Notes: a model not told the origin generated them from the letters alone. Shown: positions 35,553 to 47,590, counted from the stretch's first letter. The stretch is 64,000 nucleotides of DNA from an uncultured delta proteobacterium (GCA_963728565.1 CAVSLC010000003.1:64001-128000); one strand, 5' to 3'. Numbers and translations: made by a program.

Positions 35553-35616
35553 CTCCGGTTGGCTATCTGTGGCCGAGAATCCTACACGCATGGAACCAAA
35601 GGTTATTAACTGATTT

Positions 35617-35961
35617 ATGGAAGCTCGCGCGATTACGAAGTTTATCAGGCTATCCCCCCGCAAGGTGCGGTTGGTAGTCGATCAGATTCGCGGCAAAGGG
35701 GTTGAAGAGGCGCTGAATATTTTAAAATTCACACCGAAGCGTTCCGCCCTAATTGTCTCCAAGACTTTGCGCACCGCGGTCGCTAACGCTGAAAGCACGC
35801 AGAGCGTCGACGTGGATCAACTCTACGTCAAACAGGCCAACGTCGATGAGGCCGGAATGTGGAAGCGATTTACCCCGCGAGCGCAGGGAAGAGCCACGCG
35901 AATTCGTAAGCGCTTGAGTCATATCACCATTGTGTTGGATGAGGTGAGTGAGAGGAGATAA
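35617..35961 (+). CDS. rplV: 50S ribosomal protein L22
   Basis: [21 protein letters not shown]. Confidence 0.97.
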   Translation: MEARAITKFIRLSPRKVRLVVDQIRGKGVEEALNILKFTPKRSALIVSKTLRTAVANAESTQSVDVDQLYVKQANVDEAGMWKRFTPRAQGRATRIRKRLSHITIVLDEVSERR

Positions 35962-35962
35962 C

Positions 35963-36625
35963 ATGGGTCAGAAAACACATCCAAAGATGTTTCGCTTAGG
36001 TGTCATAGAGTCATGGGATTCGAAATGGTACTCACGCCACGATTATGCCAAGCTGCTTCACGAAGATTTTCGTGTGAAGAAGTTTTTAAAAAGCCGACTG
36101 TATCATGCCGGCATTTCAAAAATTGAAATCGAACGAGCCGCTAATAAGGCGAAAATCAATATTCATACCGCGCGCCCAGGAATCGTAATTGGTAAAAAGG
36201 GCGCTGAGATCGAAAAACTAAAAGAAGAAATCGCCAAGCTTACTAATCGCGAAACCTACATCAACATTCATGAAGTCAGGCGGCCGGACCTGGACGGACA
36301 GCTCGTGGCCGAAAACGTCGCCCTGCAGCTGGAACGTCGGGTGGCTTTTCGGCGCGCTATGAAAGAAAGCGTTTCGCGGGCAATGCGTATGGGAGCTCAA
36401 GGTGTAAAGATTCAATGCGCAGGTCGATTGGGCGGTTCGGAAATCGCCCGAACCGAATGGTACCGTGAGGGGCGGGTTCCGCTCCACACTCTGCGGGCGG
36501 ACGTCAATTATGGGTTTGCCGAGGCGCGCACGACCTACGGCATCATCGGCGTGAAGGCTTGGATATTCCGAGGTGAGGTGCTCACTGAAGAAGAAGAACA
36601 GCAGAAAGCTATGTTGGGCGGCTGA
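35963..36625 (+). CDS. rpsC: 30S ribosomal protein S3
   Basis: [28 protein letters not shown]. Confidence 0.98.
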   Translation: MGQKTHPKMFRLGVIESWDSKWYSRHDYAKLLHEDFRVKKFLKSRLYHAGISKIEIERAANKAKINIHTARPGIVIGKKGAEIEKLKEEIAKLTNRETYINIHEVRRPDLDGQLVAENVALQLERRVAFRRAMKESVSRAMRMGAQGVKIQCAGRLGGSEIARTEWYREGRVPLHTLRADVNYGFAEARTTYGIIGVKAWIFRGEVLTEEEEQQKAMLGG

Positions 36626-36650
36626 TGAAAAATGATCTGAGACAGGTAAG

Positions 36651-37076
36651 ATGCTCGAACCGAAAAAGGTAAAATACCGAAAAATACAAAAGGGTCGCCG
36701 GCGCGGAACCGCATACCGAGGTTCCACTCTGGCGTTTGGAGATTTCGGACTGAAGGCAATAGACCGCGGTTGGATGAGTGCGCGAGAAATCGAAGCAGCT
36801 CGAGTCGCTCTAACGCGGTATCTCAAGAGAGGCGGAAAAGTTTGGATCAGGATCTTCCCGGACAAACCCTTGACCAAAAAGCCAGCGGAAACCCGAATGG
36901 GAAAGGGCAAGGGATCCCCGGAAATGTGGGTGGCGGTGGTTCAGCCCGGAAGAATTCTTTTTGAAATGGAAGGCGTGGAGGCTAGCCTCGCACGCGAGGC
37001 GTTTCGGCTGGCGGCGCACAAGTTGTCCATCCCAACTATTGTCGTCGAAAGAAGAGGCGTGGTTCATGGAAGCTAA
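36651..37076 (+). CDS. rplP: 50S ribosomal protein L16
   Basis: [15 protein letters not shown]. Confidence 0.98.
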   Translation: MLEPKKVKYRKIQKGRRRGTAYRGSTLAFGDFGLKAIDRGWMSAREIEAARVALTRYLKRGGKVWIRIFPDKPLTKKPAETRMGKGKGSPEMWVAVVQPGRILFEMEGVEASLAREAFRLAAHKLSIPTIVVERRGVVHGS

Positions 37077-37269
37077 AGAATTACGCGACATGAGCTCCGC
37101 TGACCTTGCCCGTAAGTTAAGCGAGCTTCGTGAAGAGATCGGTCATTTGAAGCTAAAACGGGCAACCAGCAGGTTGGAGAACCCGATGAAGTTGCGGCAG
37201 ACCAAGCGTGACTTGGCTCGGGTGGAGACGATCTTGAAGGAAAAGGCGGTTCAAGGCGGGAAGGCATAG
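37066..37269 (+). CDS. rpmC: 50S ribosomal protein L29
   Basis: MEAKELR...LENP...RDLARVETI; position between rplP and rpsQ. Confidence 0.92.
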   Translation: MEAKELRDMSSADLARKLSELREEIGHLKLKRATSRLENPMKLRQTKRDLARVETILKEKAVQGGKA

Positions 37270-37270
37270 T

Positions 37271-37564
37271 ATGGATAATCGAAGCCTTAGAAAAGAGCGC
37301 ACGGGCACCGTTGTCAGCGATCGGATGGAAAAAACCATCGTGGTATCGCTTGAACGAACCGTCATGCATCCGAAGTACAGAAAGTATCTAAAACGTAGAA
37401 GCAGAGTAAAAGCGCACGATGAAACCAATCAATGTCAGGTAGGCGATCGGGTACGTATCGTTGAATGCCGCCCCCTCAGCCGTGACAAACGTTGGCGCGT
37501 TAGTGAGATACTGCAGCGAACTCAAACGACAGCGGGTGAGCAGTCCACCGGAGCCGATGTCTAG
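37271..37564 (+). CDS. rpsQ: 30S ribosomal protein S17
   Basis: [26 protein letters not shown]. Confidence 0.97.
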   Translation: MDNRSLRKERTGTVVSDRMEKTIVVSLERTVMHPKYRKYLKRRSRVKAHDETNQCQVGDRVRIVECRPLSRDKRWRVSEILQRTQTTAGEQSTGADV

Positions 37565-37599
37565 GCGTCCGTTCAGGTCAAGTAGGTTGAGGTCGATTC

Positions 37600-37968
37600 A
37601 TGATTCAGACGAGAACGGTGTTGGATGTTGCGGATAATTCGGGCGCACGGAAAGTCCAATGTATCAAGGTTTTGGGTGGCAGCAAGCGGAAGTACGCGTC
37701 GATCGGAGACATCATTGTTGTGTCAGTCAAAGAAGCAATTCCTAACGCCAAAGTGAAAAAGGGCGAAGTGATGAAAGCCGTCGTGGTAAGGACCGCAAAA
37801 GAGATTGGACGCTCCGACGGAACCTATATCCGCTTCGATAACAATTCGGCGGTGCTCATCGATAATCAGAAGGAGCCGATTGGAACCCGAATTTTTGGTC
37901 CTGTGGCGCGTGAGCTGCGAGCCAAGAAGTTCATGAAAATTATTTCACTCGCGCCTGAGGTGCTCTAA
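37600..37968 (+). CDS. rplN: 50S ribosomal protein L14
   Basis: [19 protein letters not shown]. Confidence 0.99.
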   Translation: MIQTRTVLDVADNSGARKVQCIKVLGGSKRKYASIGDIIVVSVKEAIPNAKVKKGEVMKAVVVRTAKEIGRSDGTYIRFDNNSAVLIDNQKEPIGTRIFGPVARELRAKKFMKIISLAPEVL

Positions 37969-37983
37969 ACGGTTTGGGAGAAC

Positions 37984-38301
37984 GTGTTCGTGCAGATTCG
38001 CAAAAACGATAGTGTCATGGTGATTTCCGGCAAGGAGCGGGGCAAGACTGGCAAAGTTCTCCGCGTAAATCCGAAAGAGGATGCCGTGATCATTGAAAGA
38101 ATCAATGTGGTGAAGCGGCACACAAAACCGCGAGGGCCGCAGCAAGCCGGCGGAATCGTCGAAAAGGAAGCCTCTATCCCCGCATCCAACATCATGATTA
38201 TGTGCGATAAATGCAACGCGCCGGTGCGCATCGGAAAAAAAATTCTTACCGATGGCAATAAGGTTCGTGTGTGCCGACGCTGCGGCGAGGCGTTGGATTG
38301 A
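37984..38301 (+). CDS. rplX: 50S ribosomal protein L24
   Basis: KOW motif [25 protein letters not shown]. Confidence 0.96.
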   Translation: MFVQIRKNDSVMVISGKERGKTGKVLRVNPKEDAVIIERINVVKRHTKPRGPQQAGGIVEKEASIPASNIMIMCDKCNAPVRIGKKILTDGNKVRVCRRCGEALD

Positions 38302-38852
38302 TGGTAACAAGGATGGTTCGTCTAAAACAGAAATACGACGATCAGGTGGTGCCGGCGATGAAATCGGAATTCGGCTACAAGAATTCCATGCAGGTGCCGA
38401 AGTTAGAAAAGATCACGATCAACGTCGGTCTTGGTGAGGCGACGCAAAATATCAAAGCATTGGACTCAACAGTCGCGGAGATTACCGCTATCGCGGGCCA
38501 GAAGCCGGTGATTACACGGGCCAAGAAGGCGATAGCTAATTTTAAACTGCGCGAAGGAGTGCCGATCGGCTGCATGGTGACATTGCGCCGCGATCGGATG
38601 TATGAATTCCTGGACCGGTTAATTCACGTAGCTCTGCCCAGAGTACGAGACTTCAAAGGCGTTTCTGACCGCTCCTTTGACGGGAGGGGAAACTATTCCT
38701 TGGGGCTTAGAGAACAGATCATTTTTCCCGAAATCAATCCTGACAAAGTTGAAAAGGCCCGGGGAATGACCGTGACCATAACCACCACAGCAAAGACCGA
38801 TCCTGAGGGACGGGCGTTACTGAAGCACTTAGGAATGCCGTTTGGCACTTGA
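38301..38852 (+). CDS. rplE: 50S ribosomal protein L5
   Basis: [21 protein letters not shown]; start 38301 or 38313. Confidence 0.97.
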   Translation: MVTRMVRLKQKYDDQVVPAMKSEFGYKNSMQVPKLEKITINVGLGEATQNIKALDSTVAEITAIAGQKPVITRAKKAIANFKLREGVPIGCMVTLRRDRMYEFLDRLIHVALPRVRDFKGVSDRSFDGRGNYSLGLREQIIFPEINPDKVEKARGMTVTITTTAKTDPEGRALLKHLGMPFGT

Positions 38853-38874
38853 TCTATAACCAGGGAGATTTCCA

Positions 38875-39060
38875 TTGGCCAAGAAGTGTTTAAGAATCAA
38901 AGCCGAAAGACCGAATAAGTTTAAAGTTCGGGAGTACAATCGTTGCCCGCTCTGCGGCCGATCCCGGGCGTTTTACCGACGCTTTCGCATGTGCCGGCTT
39001 TGTCTCAGAGACCACGCTCGTAAGGGCCACATCCCGGGACTTATCAAGGCCAGCTGGTAG
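38875..39060 (+). CDS. rpsZ: 30S ribosomal protein S14 type Z
   Basis: 61 aa, CPLCGR...MCRLC; TTG start after SD GGGAG. Confidence 0.95.
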   Translation: MAKKCLRIKAERPNKFKVREYNRCPLCGRSRAFYRRFRMCRLCLRDHARKGHIPGLIKASW

Positions 39061-39073
39061 GACGGAGAGCAAT

Positions 39074-39478
39074 ATGGGAATGACCGATCCAATCGCCGAC
39101 ATGTTGACGAGAATCCGCAATGCCTCGAGGGCGCGCCACCAGAGGGTTGCCGTGCCGTGGTCGCGAGTCAAGGAAAATATCGTAAAGGTCTTCGTTGAAG
39201 AGGGTTACGTAAAGGAATACAAGAAAATCAAAGCTGCCGAAGGCGCGGGTGACGAGCTGATCATTCAACTGAAGTTTGATCGGGACAATCGGCCGATCAT
39301 ATTAGGGTTAAAGCGAGTGAGTCGCCCAAGCTTGAAGGTGTATGTCGGCGCCCAGCAGTTAACCCCGATTCGCAAGGGGTTGGGTATCAACATACTCTCT
39401 ACTTCCAAAGGAATTTTAGTCGACCGGGAAGCCCAACGGGCCAAGGTCGGCGGCGAGGTTCTATGTTCGGTTTGGTAG
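39074..39478 (+). CDS. rpsH: 30S ribosomal protein S8
   Basis: DPIADMLTRIRN, STSKG, GGEVLCSVW. Confidence 0.98.
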   Translation: MGMTDPIADMLTRIRNASRARHQRVAVPWSRVKENIVKVFVEEGYVKEYKKIKAAEGAGDELIIQLKFDRDNRPIILGLKRVSRPSLKVYVGAQQLTPIRKGLGINILSTSKGILVDREAQRAKVGGEVLCSVW

Positions 39479-39494
39479 CTTGTACGAGGTAAAC

Positions 39495-40043
39495 GTGTCA
39501 CGCATCGGAAAATTACCTATCACGATCCCTTCGGGAGTAAAAATCGCAGTCGACGGCGATGCAGTTCGGCTGGAAGGGCCCAAGGGAAAGCTGAGCGCCG
39601 CGATTCCGTCCGGAATCGCGGTCAAAGTTGATGGGACTGTTGTTCATGTTGAGCGGGACGAAGAGGCGCGGAGAATTCGAGCTCTGCATGGTCTCACCCG
39701 AAAATTGATCGCCAACATGGCCGAAGGTGTCAGCAAAGGATTTAACCGTATACTCGATATCAATGGCGTCGGTTATCGCGCTGAGGTTAAAGGCCAAGAG
39801 ATTCACATGACACTGGGGTACTCTCATCCTGTAGTTTTTCGCTTGCCGCCAGGCGTCACAGCGTCGGTCGAACGGCAGGTTATCATCACCTTAACCGGTG
39901 CTGATCGACAGTTGGTGGGAGAAACTGCTGCAAAAATCAGAAGCTTGCGAGCGCCTGAGCCTTACAAGGGCAAAGGGATTAAATATCGCGAAGAGGTTAT
40001 CAAGCGTAAGGCTGGCAAAGCTGTGGGTTCGGCTGGCAAATAG
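39495..40043 (+). CDS. rplF: 50S ribosomal protein L6
   Basis: SRIGKLPI, PEPYKGKGIKY; GTG start after GAGGT. Confidence 0.97.
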   Translation: MSRIGKLPITIPSGVKIAVDGDAVRLEGPKGKLSAAIPSGIAVKVDGTVVHVERDEEARRIRALHGLTRKLIANMAEGVSKGFNRILDINGVGYRAEVKGQEIHMTLGYSHPVVFRLPPGVTASVERQVIITLTGADRQLVGETAAKIRSLRAPEPYKGKGIKYREEVIKRKAGKAVGSAGK

Positions 40044-40062
40044 CCTCTGAGGTTGGAGAGAG

Positions 40063-40428
40063 ATGGCAACCAAGCAAAGAAATATTGCGCGCATACGGCG
40101 ACAACAACGCGTCCGGAAAAAGGTTATGGGGACCGACGCTCGCCCTCGTGTCTGCGTCTATAAAAGCGGCAGGCACATCTATGTTCAGGTGATATCGGAC
40201 ACCAAGGGAATCACCTTAGCATCCGCTTCGACGCTGTCTTCCAGCCTGGCTGATGAGATCAAGAACATCAAGGGTGTGGAAGCCGCAAAGCGAGTCGGTT
40301 TGAATTTGGCAAAAGTTTGTAAAGAAAAGAACATTAGCCGTGTCGTCTTCGATCGTAATGGGTTTCTCTTCCACGGGCGCGTAAAGGCGGTTGCTGATGG
40401 TGCGCGCGAAGGTGGTTTAGAATTTTAG
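40063..40428 (+). CDS. rplR: 50S ribosomal protein L18
   Basis: RPRVCVYKS, VFDRNGFLFHGRVKAVADGAREGGLEF. Confidence 0.97.
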   Translation: MATKQRNIARIRRQQRVRKKVMGTDARPRVCVYKSGRHIYVQVISDTKGITLASASTLSSSLADEIKNIKGVEAAKRVGLNLAKVCKEKNISRVVFDRNGFLFHGRVKAVADGAREGGLEF

Positions 40429-40446
40429 CGCAGCCTGCGTAGTGAG

Positions 40447-40950
40447 GTGTCTTTGGAACGCATTGATCCGCATGGATTGGAACTCAAGGAAAAAGTTGTT
40501 CACATTAGCCGGGTTGCCAAAGTAGTTAAAGGTGGCCGGCGGTTCAGCTTTAGCGCCCTGATCGTAGTTGGCGACAATCATTCGGTGGTCGGCTGCGGAA
40601 TGGGTAAGGCCAACGAGGTGCCGGAAGCGATTCGCAAGGGATTGGAACAAGCAAAAAAAAATCTGATCAGGGTTCCAGTGATGGCAGGAACTATCCCATT
40701 TGAGGTGACCGGAAGATTCGGCGCCGGATACGTTATCTTGAAACCTGCTTCCGATGGTACTGGGGTCATTGCCGGTGGCGGAGTTCGTGCCGTGGTTGAG
40801 GCCGCCGGAATTCAGAACGTCTTGACCAAGTGCCTCGGTTCTAACAATCCGCACAACATGGTTAAAGCTACCGTCGAAGCTCTGCGAGACTTAAGAGCGC
40901 CAGAAGAAATTGCCGAAAGGCGCGGAAAAACATTGGCGGAGATCCGTTAA
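40447..40950 (+). CDS. rpsE: 30S ribosomal protein S5
   Basis: [22 protein letters not shown]. Confidence 0.98.
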   Translation: MSLERIDPHGLELKEKVVHISRVAKVVKGGRRFSFSALIVVGDNHSVVGCGMGKANEVPEAIRKGLEQAKKNLIRVPVMAGTIPFEVTGRFGAGYVILKPASDGTGVIAGGGVRAVVEAAGIQNVLTKCLGSNNPHNMVKATVEALRDLRAPEEIAERRGKTLAEIR

Positions 40951-40951
40951 A

Positions 40952-41404
40952 ATGAAGCTAGATGATCTAAGGCCGGCTCCCGGCTCGACAAAAAAACGCA
41001 AACGTGTGGGGCGTGGCGATGGTTCCGGTCATGGAAAAACCGCTTGCCGGGGGCACAAAGGACAGCGCGCCCGTGCCGGCGGTGGAACCCGTCCCGGGTT
41101 TGAGGGCGGCCAGATGCCATTACAAAGACGTCTGCCAAAGCGAGGGTTTAATAATCCCTTCAAAGTCGATTTTGCCATCGTGAACCTGGATCAGTTGGAA
41201 AGATTCTCATCGGATAACGAGATCAATCCGGAGATACTCTTGGCAAAAGGACTAGTGCATGGGAAGAATTGCCGGATTAAGATCCTAGCCGATGGCGCGC
41301 TCAGCAAGAGTTTGACGATCAAGGCGCATAGCTTCTCGGCGAAGGCCAAGGAAAAAATCGAAGCGGCCGGCGGAAAGGCCGAACTGATCACCTCTCATGC
41401 TTAG
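40952..41404 (+). CDS. rplO: 50S ribosomal protein L15
   Basis: [31 protein letters not shown]. Confidence 0.97.
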   Translation: MKLDDLRPAPGSTKKRKRVGRGDGSGHGKTACRGHKGQRARAGGGTRPGFEGGQMPLQRRLPKRGFNNPFKVDFAIVNLDQLERFSSDNEINPEILLAKGLVHGKNCRIKILADGALSKSLTIKAHSFSAKAKEKIEAAGGKAELITSHA

Positions 41405-42707
41405 CGGTTTTCAAAACGCCTCGCGCATCCCAGAGTTGCGCAAACGTTTGTTGTTTACGCTGGCGATGTTGGCCGTCTACCGGCTTGGCGTCCATGTGCC
41501 GACGCCGGGAATCGACCGCCAAGCGTTAGCGGCGTTCTTTGAACAGTATAAGGGCACGATCTTCGGCTTGTTCAACCTTTTTTCCGGTGGCGCTCTTGAA
41601 CAATTTTCGGTTTTTTCTTTGGGCATCATGCCCTATATCAGCGCGTCGATTATCCTTCAGCTTTTGACGGTGGTTTTTCCTTATCTCGAACGATTGTCAA
41701 AAGAGGGTGAAGCAGGGCGGCGGAAGATCACCCAGTACACCCGTTATGGGACGATCGTCCTTGCGGTCATCCAAGGCACTATGATCAGCCTAGGCTTGGC
41801 CGGCACTCAAGGGCCCGGTGGTCAGCCGATTGTGTTGAATGCAGACGTGAGTTTTCACATCATGACGGTTATTACGCTCGCGTCGGGGACAGCTTTTATT
41901 ATGTGGTTGGGCGAACAAATCACTGAGCGCGGCGTGGGTAATGGCATATCGCTGATTATATTTGCCGGGATTGTTGCCGGTCTTCCATCTGCCATTATTA
42001 CAACCGTTCAATTCATCCGGGAAGGTGAGTTGAACGTGTTAGTGGCGCTCTTCATGCTGGTTTTGATCGTAGCGGTCGTCGGCGCAATTATCTTTGTTGA
42101 ACGGGGACAGCGACGTATTCCCGTTCAGTACGCAAAGCGGGTTGTCGGCCGCAAAATGTATGGTGGCCAGAGCTCGCATCTGCCGTTGAAGGTGAACACG
42201 GCCAATGTTATCCCGGTCATTTTCGCTTCTTCAATTCTTATATTTCCAGCAACTATGGCGCAGTTTGCCCAGTATCCTTGGGTTCAAACTGCGGCGACTT
42301 ATTTGAGTCCGGGGCAATGGCTACACGATTTGGTGTTCGCGCTGCTGATCATTTTCTTCGCATTCTTCTACACTGCGGTGGTCTTCAATCCGGCCGATGT
42401 AGCGGAAAATATGAAGAAATTCGGCGGCTATATTCCGGGAATTCGACCGGGCCAGAAGACTGCCGACTACATCGAGAGGGTACTTTCTCGCATCACACTG
42501 AGCGGAGCGATTTACCTTTGCATCGTATCCTTGCTGCCGACAATCCTGGTGAGCCAGTTTAACGTGCCGTTCTACTTCGGTGGAACCGCCTTACTGATCG
42601 TTGTGGGCGTGGCGCTTGACACTGTGGCGCAAATGGAGAGCCACTTGATTACCCGCAACTATGAGGGCTTTATGAAGCGAGGCCGACTGCGGGGAAGAAG
42701 GGGCTAA
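41397..42707 (+). CDS. secY: Preprotein translocase subunit SecY
   Basis: [41 protein letters not shown]. Confidence 0.98.
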   Translation: MLSGFQNASRIPELRKRLLFTLAMLAVYRLGVHVPTPGIDRQALAAFFEQYKGTIFGLFNLFSGGALEQFSVFSLGIMPYISASIILQLLTVVFPYLERLSKEGEAGRRKITQYTRYGTIVLAVIQGTMISLGLAGTQGPGGQPIVLNADVSFHIMTVITLASGTAFIMWLGEQITERGVGNGISLIIFAGIVAGLPSAIITTVQFIREGELNVLVALFMLVLIVAVVGAIIFVERGQRRIPVQYAKRVVGRKMYGGQSSHLPLKVNTANVIPVIFASSILIFPATMAQFAQYPWVQTAATYLSPGQWLHDLVFALLIIFFAFFYTAVVFNPADVAENMKKFGGYIPGIRPGQKTADYIERVLSRITLSGAIYLCIVSLLPTILVSQFNVPFYFGGTALLIVVGVALDTVAQMESHLITRNYEGFMKRGRLRGRRG

Positions 42708-42710
42708 GGC

Positions 42711-43373
42711 TTGGCCAGTGTACGTGTTGTTCTCCTAGGCCCGCCGGGTGCAGGAAAAGGGACGCAAGGGAAGCTCTTGCGAGACCGCTTCGAGGCCTGT
42801 CAAATATCCACAGGCGACATCCTAAGAAAAGCTGTGGCCGACAAAACGCCACTCGGGAAGGAAGCGGAAAGCTATCTTAGCCGCGGCGAGTTAGTGCCCG
42901 ATGACGTGATAGTCAGGTTAGTCGGTGAACGGCTGAAGCAAAAGGACTGCGCCAACGGCTTTGTTCTGGACGGCTTTCCCAGGACCTTGCCGCAGGCTGA
43001 AAGCCTGGAGGGGATTTTGAAGACCATGGCATTGCCATTGGATGCCGTCTTGTCTATCCAAGTTCCCCACGACGTTATAGTTAAGCGCCTGGCGGGACGG
43101 CGAAATTGCCAAAACTGCGGTGCGTCCTACCATGTGAATTTCGATCCACCCAGCAACGGCGAGACCTGCGACCGTTGTGACGGTGGTTTGCAGCAACGCG
43201 ATGATGATCGCGAAGAGACTATTACCACTCGCTTACGGGTTTATGAATCCCAGACTGCGCCCCTAGCTAATTACTACCGAGAGCGTGGTAAGTTGCGGGA
43301 AATCAACGGCGTCGGGAAAGTGGAAGATATTCAGAAGCGAGTCATCGAGGCACTCGGGAGGCCGGCCAGTTGA
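42711..43373 (+). CDS. adk: Adenylate kinase (Zn-lid type)
   Basis: GPPGAGKGTQ, LDGFPRT, CQNC...CDRC lid. Confidence 0.97.
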   Translation: MASVRVVLLGPPGAGKGTQGKLLRDRFEACQISTGDILRKAVADKTPLGKEAESYLSRGELVPDDVIVRLVGERLKQKDCANGFVLDGFPRTLPQAESLEGILKTMALPLDAVLSIQVPHDVIVKRLAGRRNCQNCGASYHVNFDPPSNGETCDRCDGGLQQRDDDREETITTRLRVYESQTAPLANYYRERGKLREINGVGKVEDIQKRVIEALGRPAS

Positions 43374-44128
43374 TTTCGCTCAAGTCACCTCGAGAAATCG
43401 AGATCATGAGAAGAGCGAATCTGATCGTTGCCGAGGTTTTACAGGAGCTGAAGGCAAAGATAGCTCCCGGAGTGACAACCCTAGATCTAGATAGAGTGGC
43501 CGAAGAATTGACCCTTAAAAGAAGCGCGATTCCGGCCTTTAAAGGTTATTCTGTTGGCGGCCGGGTCTTTCCTCGTTGCCTGTGTGCATCGATAAACGAA
43601 GAAATAGTTCATGGAATCCCATCCAATCGAACGCTTAAGGAGGGCGACATCGTTGGGCTCGACTACGGTGTCATTTACGAGGGCTTCTACGGTGACTCTG
43701 CGATTACGGTCGGTGTAGGAAGGGTCAGCGACGAAGCCAAGCGCCTGATGGAGATCACCGAAAAGTCATTGTACGACGGCATCGATCAATTGTATGAAGG
43801 CAAGAGACTGGGCGATCTGGGTGCTGCCGTCCAAACGACTGCCGAGGGAGCCGGTTATTCAGTGGTTCGAGCCTTCGTTGGGCACGGCATCGGAAAACGA
43901 CTGCATGAAGAGCCGCCTGTGCCAAATTATGGTGAACCCGACCGCGGACTGAGGTTTAAGGAAGGAATGGTATTGGCCATCGAGCCGATGGTAAACATTG
44001 GCGGCCCCGAGGTGGAAATTAAAGCCGACGGCTGGACTGCTGTAACCAAAGACGGTAGCTTGGCGGCCCATTTTGAACATTCAGTCGCCGTCACCAAAGA
44101 CGGTCCTTATATTCTCAGCCAGCTATAG
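43370..44128 (+). CDS. map: Methionine aminopeptidase type I
   Basis: EIVHGIP, GHGIG, HEEP, IEPM, AAHFEHSV. Confidence 0.97.
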   Translation: MISLKSPREIEIMRRANLIVAEVLQELKAKIAPGVTTLDLDRVAEELTLKRSAIPAFKGYSVGGRVFPRCLCASINEEIVHGIPSNRTLKEGDIVGLDYGVIYEGFYGDSAITVGVGRVSDEAKRLMEITEKSLYDGIDQLYEGKRLGDLGAAVQTTAEGAGYSVVRAFVGHGIGKRLHEEPPVPNYGEPDRGLRFKEGMVLAIEPMVNIGGPEVEIKADGWTAVTKDGSLAAHFEHSVAVTKDGPYILSQL

Positions 44129-44159
44129 TCTGAGGTGATTAGCAAGTAGTCGATCATTT

Positions 44160-44378
44160 ATGCCAAAAGAAGATGCCATCGAAGTGATGGGAACGGTTTT
44201 GGAAACCTTACCCAATGCCATGTTTCGGGTGCAGTTGGAAAACGGGCATAGGGTTTTGGCCCACATATCCGGCAAGATGCGGATGCATTACATCAAGATT
44301 CTTCCTGGTGACAAGGTGAAAATCGAGTTGTCGCCCTATGATTTGGCGCGTGGAAGAATCATCTATCGCGAGCGTTAG
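44160..44378 (+). CDS. infA: Translation initiation factor IF-1
   Basis: [24 protein letters not shown]. Confidence 0.98.
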   Translation: MPKEDAIEVMGTVLETLPNAMFRVQLENGHRVLAHISGKMRMHYIKILPGDKVKIELSPYDLARGRIIYRER

Positions 44379-44392
44379 AAACAGGAGCTATC

Positions 44393-44506
44393 GTGAAGGT
44401 CAGAGCTTCGGTTAAGAAGATTTGTAACAAGTGTAAAGTTATTCGCCGCAAGGGCGTTGTCCGCGTCCTATGTGAGAATAGCAAGCACAAACAGAGGCAA
44501 GGTTAA
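44393..44506 (+). CDS. rpmJ: 50S ribosomal protein L36 (not in ORF track)
   Basis: Manual translation [37 protein letters not shown]; SD AGGAG. Confidence 0.96.
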   Translation: MKVRASVKKICNKCKVIRRKGVVRVLCENSKHKQRQG

Positions 44507-44534
44507 GTTTTTTAAAACTTGATTGGAGTTAATT

Positions 44535-44918
44535 ATGGCGCGTTTATCGGGTGTCGATCTCCCAAGGAACAAACGGATGGAAGTTGCGCTTACCTATATC
44601 TATGGCATCGGGCGCAATTTATCCCGAGAGATATTAACGCAGGCGGGAATCTCGCTCGATTTAAAAAGTGACGATCTTTCCGATGATGATGTGGTTAAGA
44701 TTCGTCAGTTGATAGACCAGAATTACAAAGTTGAAGGCGATCTTCGGCGCGACGTTTCGGCCAATCTCAGACGCCATATTGAAATGGGCTCTTACCGGGG
44801 GCATCGACACCGTAGAAACCTTCCGGTGCACGGTCAGAGAACTCATACCAACGCGCGGACCAGGAAAGGTCCGCGAAAAACTGTCGCGGGAAAGAAAACC
44901 GCTCCGTCAAAAGGTTAG
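44535..44918 (+). CDS. rpsM: 30S ribosomal protein S13
   Basis: [26 protein letters not shown]. Confidence 0.98.
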   Translation: MARLSGVDLPRNKRMEVALTYIYGIGRNLSREILTQAGISLDLKSDDLSDDDVVKIRQLIDQNYKVEGDLRRDVSANLRRHIEMGSYRGHRHRRNLPVHGQRTHTNARTRKGPRKTVAGKKTAPSKG

Positions 44919-44937
44919 TAAATTTTAGGAGTATTCA

Positions 44938-45393
44938 ATGGCGAAATCCGAAGAAACCGCCGAAGAGAGGCAGAGCAAAACGGCCGAGACCCCAGCGGAC
45001 CAAAAGGGTGCTGATCGCGCGGCGCGCAAGAAGCGGGGCCGCAAGAACATCTCCGAAGGAGTCGTTCACATTCATTCAACATTCAACAACACGATTGTCA
45101 CAATCACGGATTATCAGGGAAATGTCATTTCGTGGTCGAGCGCCGGAAGCATGGGGTTTAAGGGGTCGCGCAAAGGCACTCCCTTCGCCGCGCAACAAGC
45201 CGCGGATAACGCCGCCAAGAAAGCGATGGACCACGGCTTGCGGACGGTTCAAATTTTTGTGCGGGGTCCTGGAGCGGGACGCGAGTCCGCTCTCCGGGCA
45301 TTGCAATCGGCTGGCATCAACATCAGCTTGATCAAGGACGTAACTCCGATTCCTCACAATGGATGCCGCCCGCCGAAACGCAGACGCGTTTGA
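44938..45393 (+). CDS. rpsK: 30S ribosomal protein S11 with N-terminal extension
   Basis: [35 protein letters not shown]. Confidence 0.98.
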   Translation: MAKSEETAEERQSKTAETPADQKGADRAARKKRGRKNISEGVVHIHSTFNNTIVTITDYQGNVISWSSAGSMGFKGSRKGTPFAAQQAADNAAKKAMDHGLRTVQIFVRGPGAGRESALRALQSAGINISLIKDVTPIPHNGCRPPKRRRV

Positions 45394-45413
45394 TAACAAA
45401 ATAGGAGGAAGGA

Positions 45414-46040
45414 TTGGCTAGATACACAGAATCTGTTTGCCGATTGTGTAGGCGCGAGAACCTCAAGCTATTTCTAAAAGGTGAGCGCTGTTACACCGAT
45501 AAATGCGCCATCGAACGACGCAACTATCCGCCCGGAGAGCACGGTCAAGGCAGACCCAAATTTTCGGAGTATAGTATCCAGTTGCGCGAGAAGCAGAAGG
45601 TCAAGCGCATCTATCGTCTCATGGAAAGTCAGTTTCGCCGAACCTTTGATCAGGCTAGCCGAATTAAGGGTATTACCGGTGAGACCTTGTTGGTCTTTTT
45701 GGAGCGTCGCTTAGACAACGTTACCTATCGCGTGGGATTTGCCAGTTCCAGAGCGGAAGCCAGGCTGCTGGTGCGGCATGGACATATCCTAGTCAACGGC
45801 AAACGGCTGAATATTCCATCGTACCAGGTCCGAGTGGGCGACGTGATATCGGTAAAGGAGCAAAGCCGTCAGATGGCTCGCATTCTAACAGCGATGGAAG
45901 GCGTGCAGCGACGAGGCGTGCCGGATTGGGCGGAACTAGACCGAGACAATTGTAGTGGAAGAATCAGGATTCTACCCACCCGCAGCGACATTACCATGCC
46001 GATTAACGAGAAGCTGATCGTCGAACTGTATTCGAAGTAA
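45414..46040 (+). CDS. rpsD: 30S ribosomal protein S4
   Basis: [29 protein letters not shown]; TTG start after AGGAGG. Confidence 0.98.
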   Translation: MARYTESVCRLCRRENLKLFLKGERCYTDKCAIERRNYPPGEHGQGRPKFSEYSIQLREKQKVKRIYRLMESQFRRTFDQASRIKGITGETLLVFLERRLDNVTYRVGFASSRAEARLLVRHGHILVNGKRLNIPSYQVRVGDVISVKEQSRQMARILTAMEGVQRRGVPDWAELDRDNCSGRIRILPTRSDITMPINEKLIVELYSK

Positions 46041-46063
46041 GCTTCTGAATGTAGGGAGAAACT

Positions 46064-47092
46064 ATGTCTACTATGTATAGGCATTGGACGGATTTGATTA
46101 AACCAAAGCAGTTGGAGGTGGACGAAAAGACGTTAACTTCAACTTATGGGAAGTTTTATGCGGAGCCATTTGAACGCGGTTTCGGCCAAACGATTGGTAA
46201 TTCGCTACGACGGATTTTGTTATCGTCCTTGATGGGCGCTTCGATTGTCGCGGTGCGGATGAAAGGGATTCTTCATGAGTTCTCGACGATTCCCGGAGTT
46301 ACCGAAGACGTCACCGACATCATTTTGAATCTCAAGGAAGTCAGGTTGCGACTTAACGATGGCGAGCAACATACGCTGAAAGTCGAAGCGAAGGGTCCCG
46401 CCACTGTATTGGCTAAGGACATTACCGGATCTGCCAATGTCGAGATTCTCAATCCAGAGCAAAAAATCGCCACGCTCTCTAGAGATGCTAAGCTCGACAT
46501 GGAATTGATAGCGAAGCTGGGGCGCGGCTACGTTCCAGCGGAAAGGAATAGAGAAGAGGGCGCGCCGGTGGACACGGTATTTATCGATGCCATTTTTTCG
46601 CCGGTCCAGAAAGTAAATTTCACGGTGTCCAATGCTCGCCTCGGGCAACGCACCGATTATGACCGGGTCGTGTTTGAAGTAGTAACCGACGGCAGCGTTA
46701 AGCCCGACGACGCGATGGCATACGCCGCAAAGATCCTGCAGGATCAGGTGAGTATTTTCGTTAACTTTCAAGATGAACCACAGCAAGAACGACGTGATGA
46801 CCGGCCGTCGATCCCATTGAACGATAACCTGTTTCGCAGCGTCGACGAGCTCGAATTCTCCGTGCGCTCGCAAAACTGTTTACAGAATGCTGATATCAAA
46901 TACATCGGCGAGTTGGTGCAGAAGTCCGAGCAGGAGATGCTCAAAACCAAAAACTTCGGTCACAAGTCGCTCAACGAGATCAAAGAGATTCTGCGCGAAA
47001 TGGGCCTAGAACTCGGCATGAAGATCGACCATTTTCCACCGCGGGAGGAGATCGAGAGCAGGCGGCGCGCCGACGAGAAAGAGACCGCATAA
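46064..47092 (+). CDS. rpoA: DNA-directed RNA polymerase subunit alpha
   Basis: [23 protein letters not shown]-terminal domain [11 protein letters not shown]. Confidence 0.98.
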   Translation: MSTMYRHWTDLIKPKQLEVDEKTLTSTYGKFYAEPFERGFGQTIGNSLRRILLSSLMGASIVAVRMKGILHEFSTIPGVTEDVTDIILNLKEVRLRLNDGEQHTLKVEAKGPATVLAKDITGSANVEILNPEQKIATLSRDAKLDMELIAKLGRGYVPAERNREEGAPVDTVFIDAIFSPVQKVNFTVSNARLGQRTDYDRVVFEVVTDGSVKPDDAMAYAAKILQDQVSIFVNFQDEPQQERRDDRPSIPLNDNLFRSVDELEFSVRSQNCLQNADIKYIGELVQKSEQEMLKTKNFGHKSLNEIKEILREMGLELGMKIDHFPPREEIESRRRADEKETA

Positions 47093-47094
47093 CT

Positions 47095-47568
47095 ATGCGA
47101 CACCTTAATTCCGGAAGAAAGCTCAGCCGCAATTCGAGCCACCGCTGGGCGATGATGCGCAACATGGTGACTTCTCTTTTGCGTGAAGAGAAGATACAAA
47201 CCACCGATCCCAAGGCCAAAGAGCTCAGACGCTGGGTGGACCGTGTAATAACGCTGGGCAAGGAGGGAAGCCTGCATGCCAGACGCCAAGCGCTCGCTAT
47301 CATTCAGGACAAGACCGTGGTCCATAAGCTGTTCGACACAATCGCCACCCGCTTCCAAAATCGCCCTGGCGGTTATACTCGAATCATCAAAATCGGTCGG
47401 CGGCATGGCGATGCGGCGCCGGTATCGTTGATAGAGCTGGTTGCCGGCGCTGACGAAACCGCCGAAAGCACAAGCGGGAAAGATAAGAAAGCGAAGAAGA
47501 AAAGCGGCAGGACGGCTTCCAAACCAGGTTCCGGCCGCCGCAAAAGCGCCAAGTCAGCTTCCGCCTAG
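47095..47568 (+). CDS. rplQ: 50S ribosomal protein L17 with Lys-rich C-terminal extension
   Basis: [27 protein letters not shown]. Confidence 0.97.
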   Translation: MRHLNSGRKLSRNSSHRWAMMRNMVTSLLREEKIQTTDPKAKELRRWVDRVITLGKEGSLHARRQALAIIQDKTVVHKLFDTIATRFQNRPGGYTRIIKIGRRHGDAAPVSLIELVAGADETAESTSGKDKKAKKKSGRTASKPGSGRRKSAKSASA

Positions 47569-47590
47569 AGCCCAACCTACATCAAGTCTC

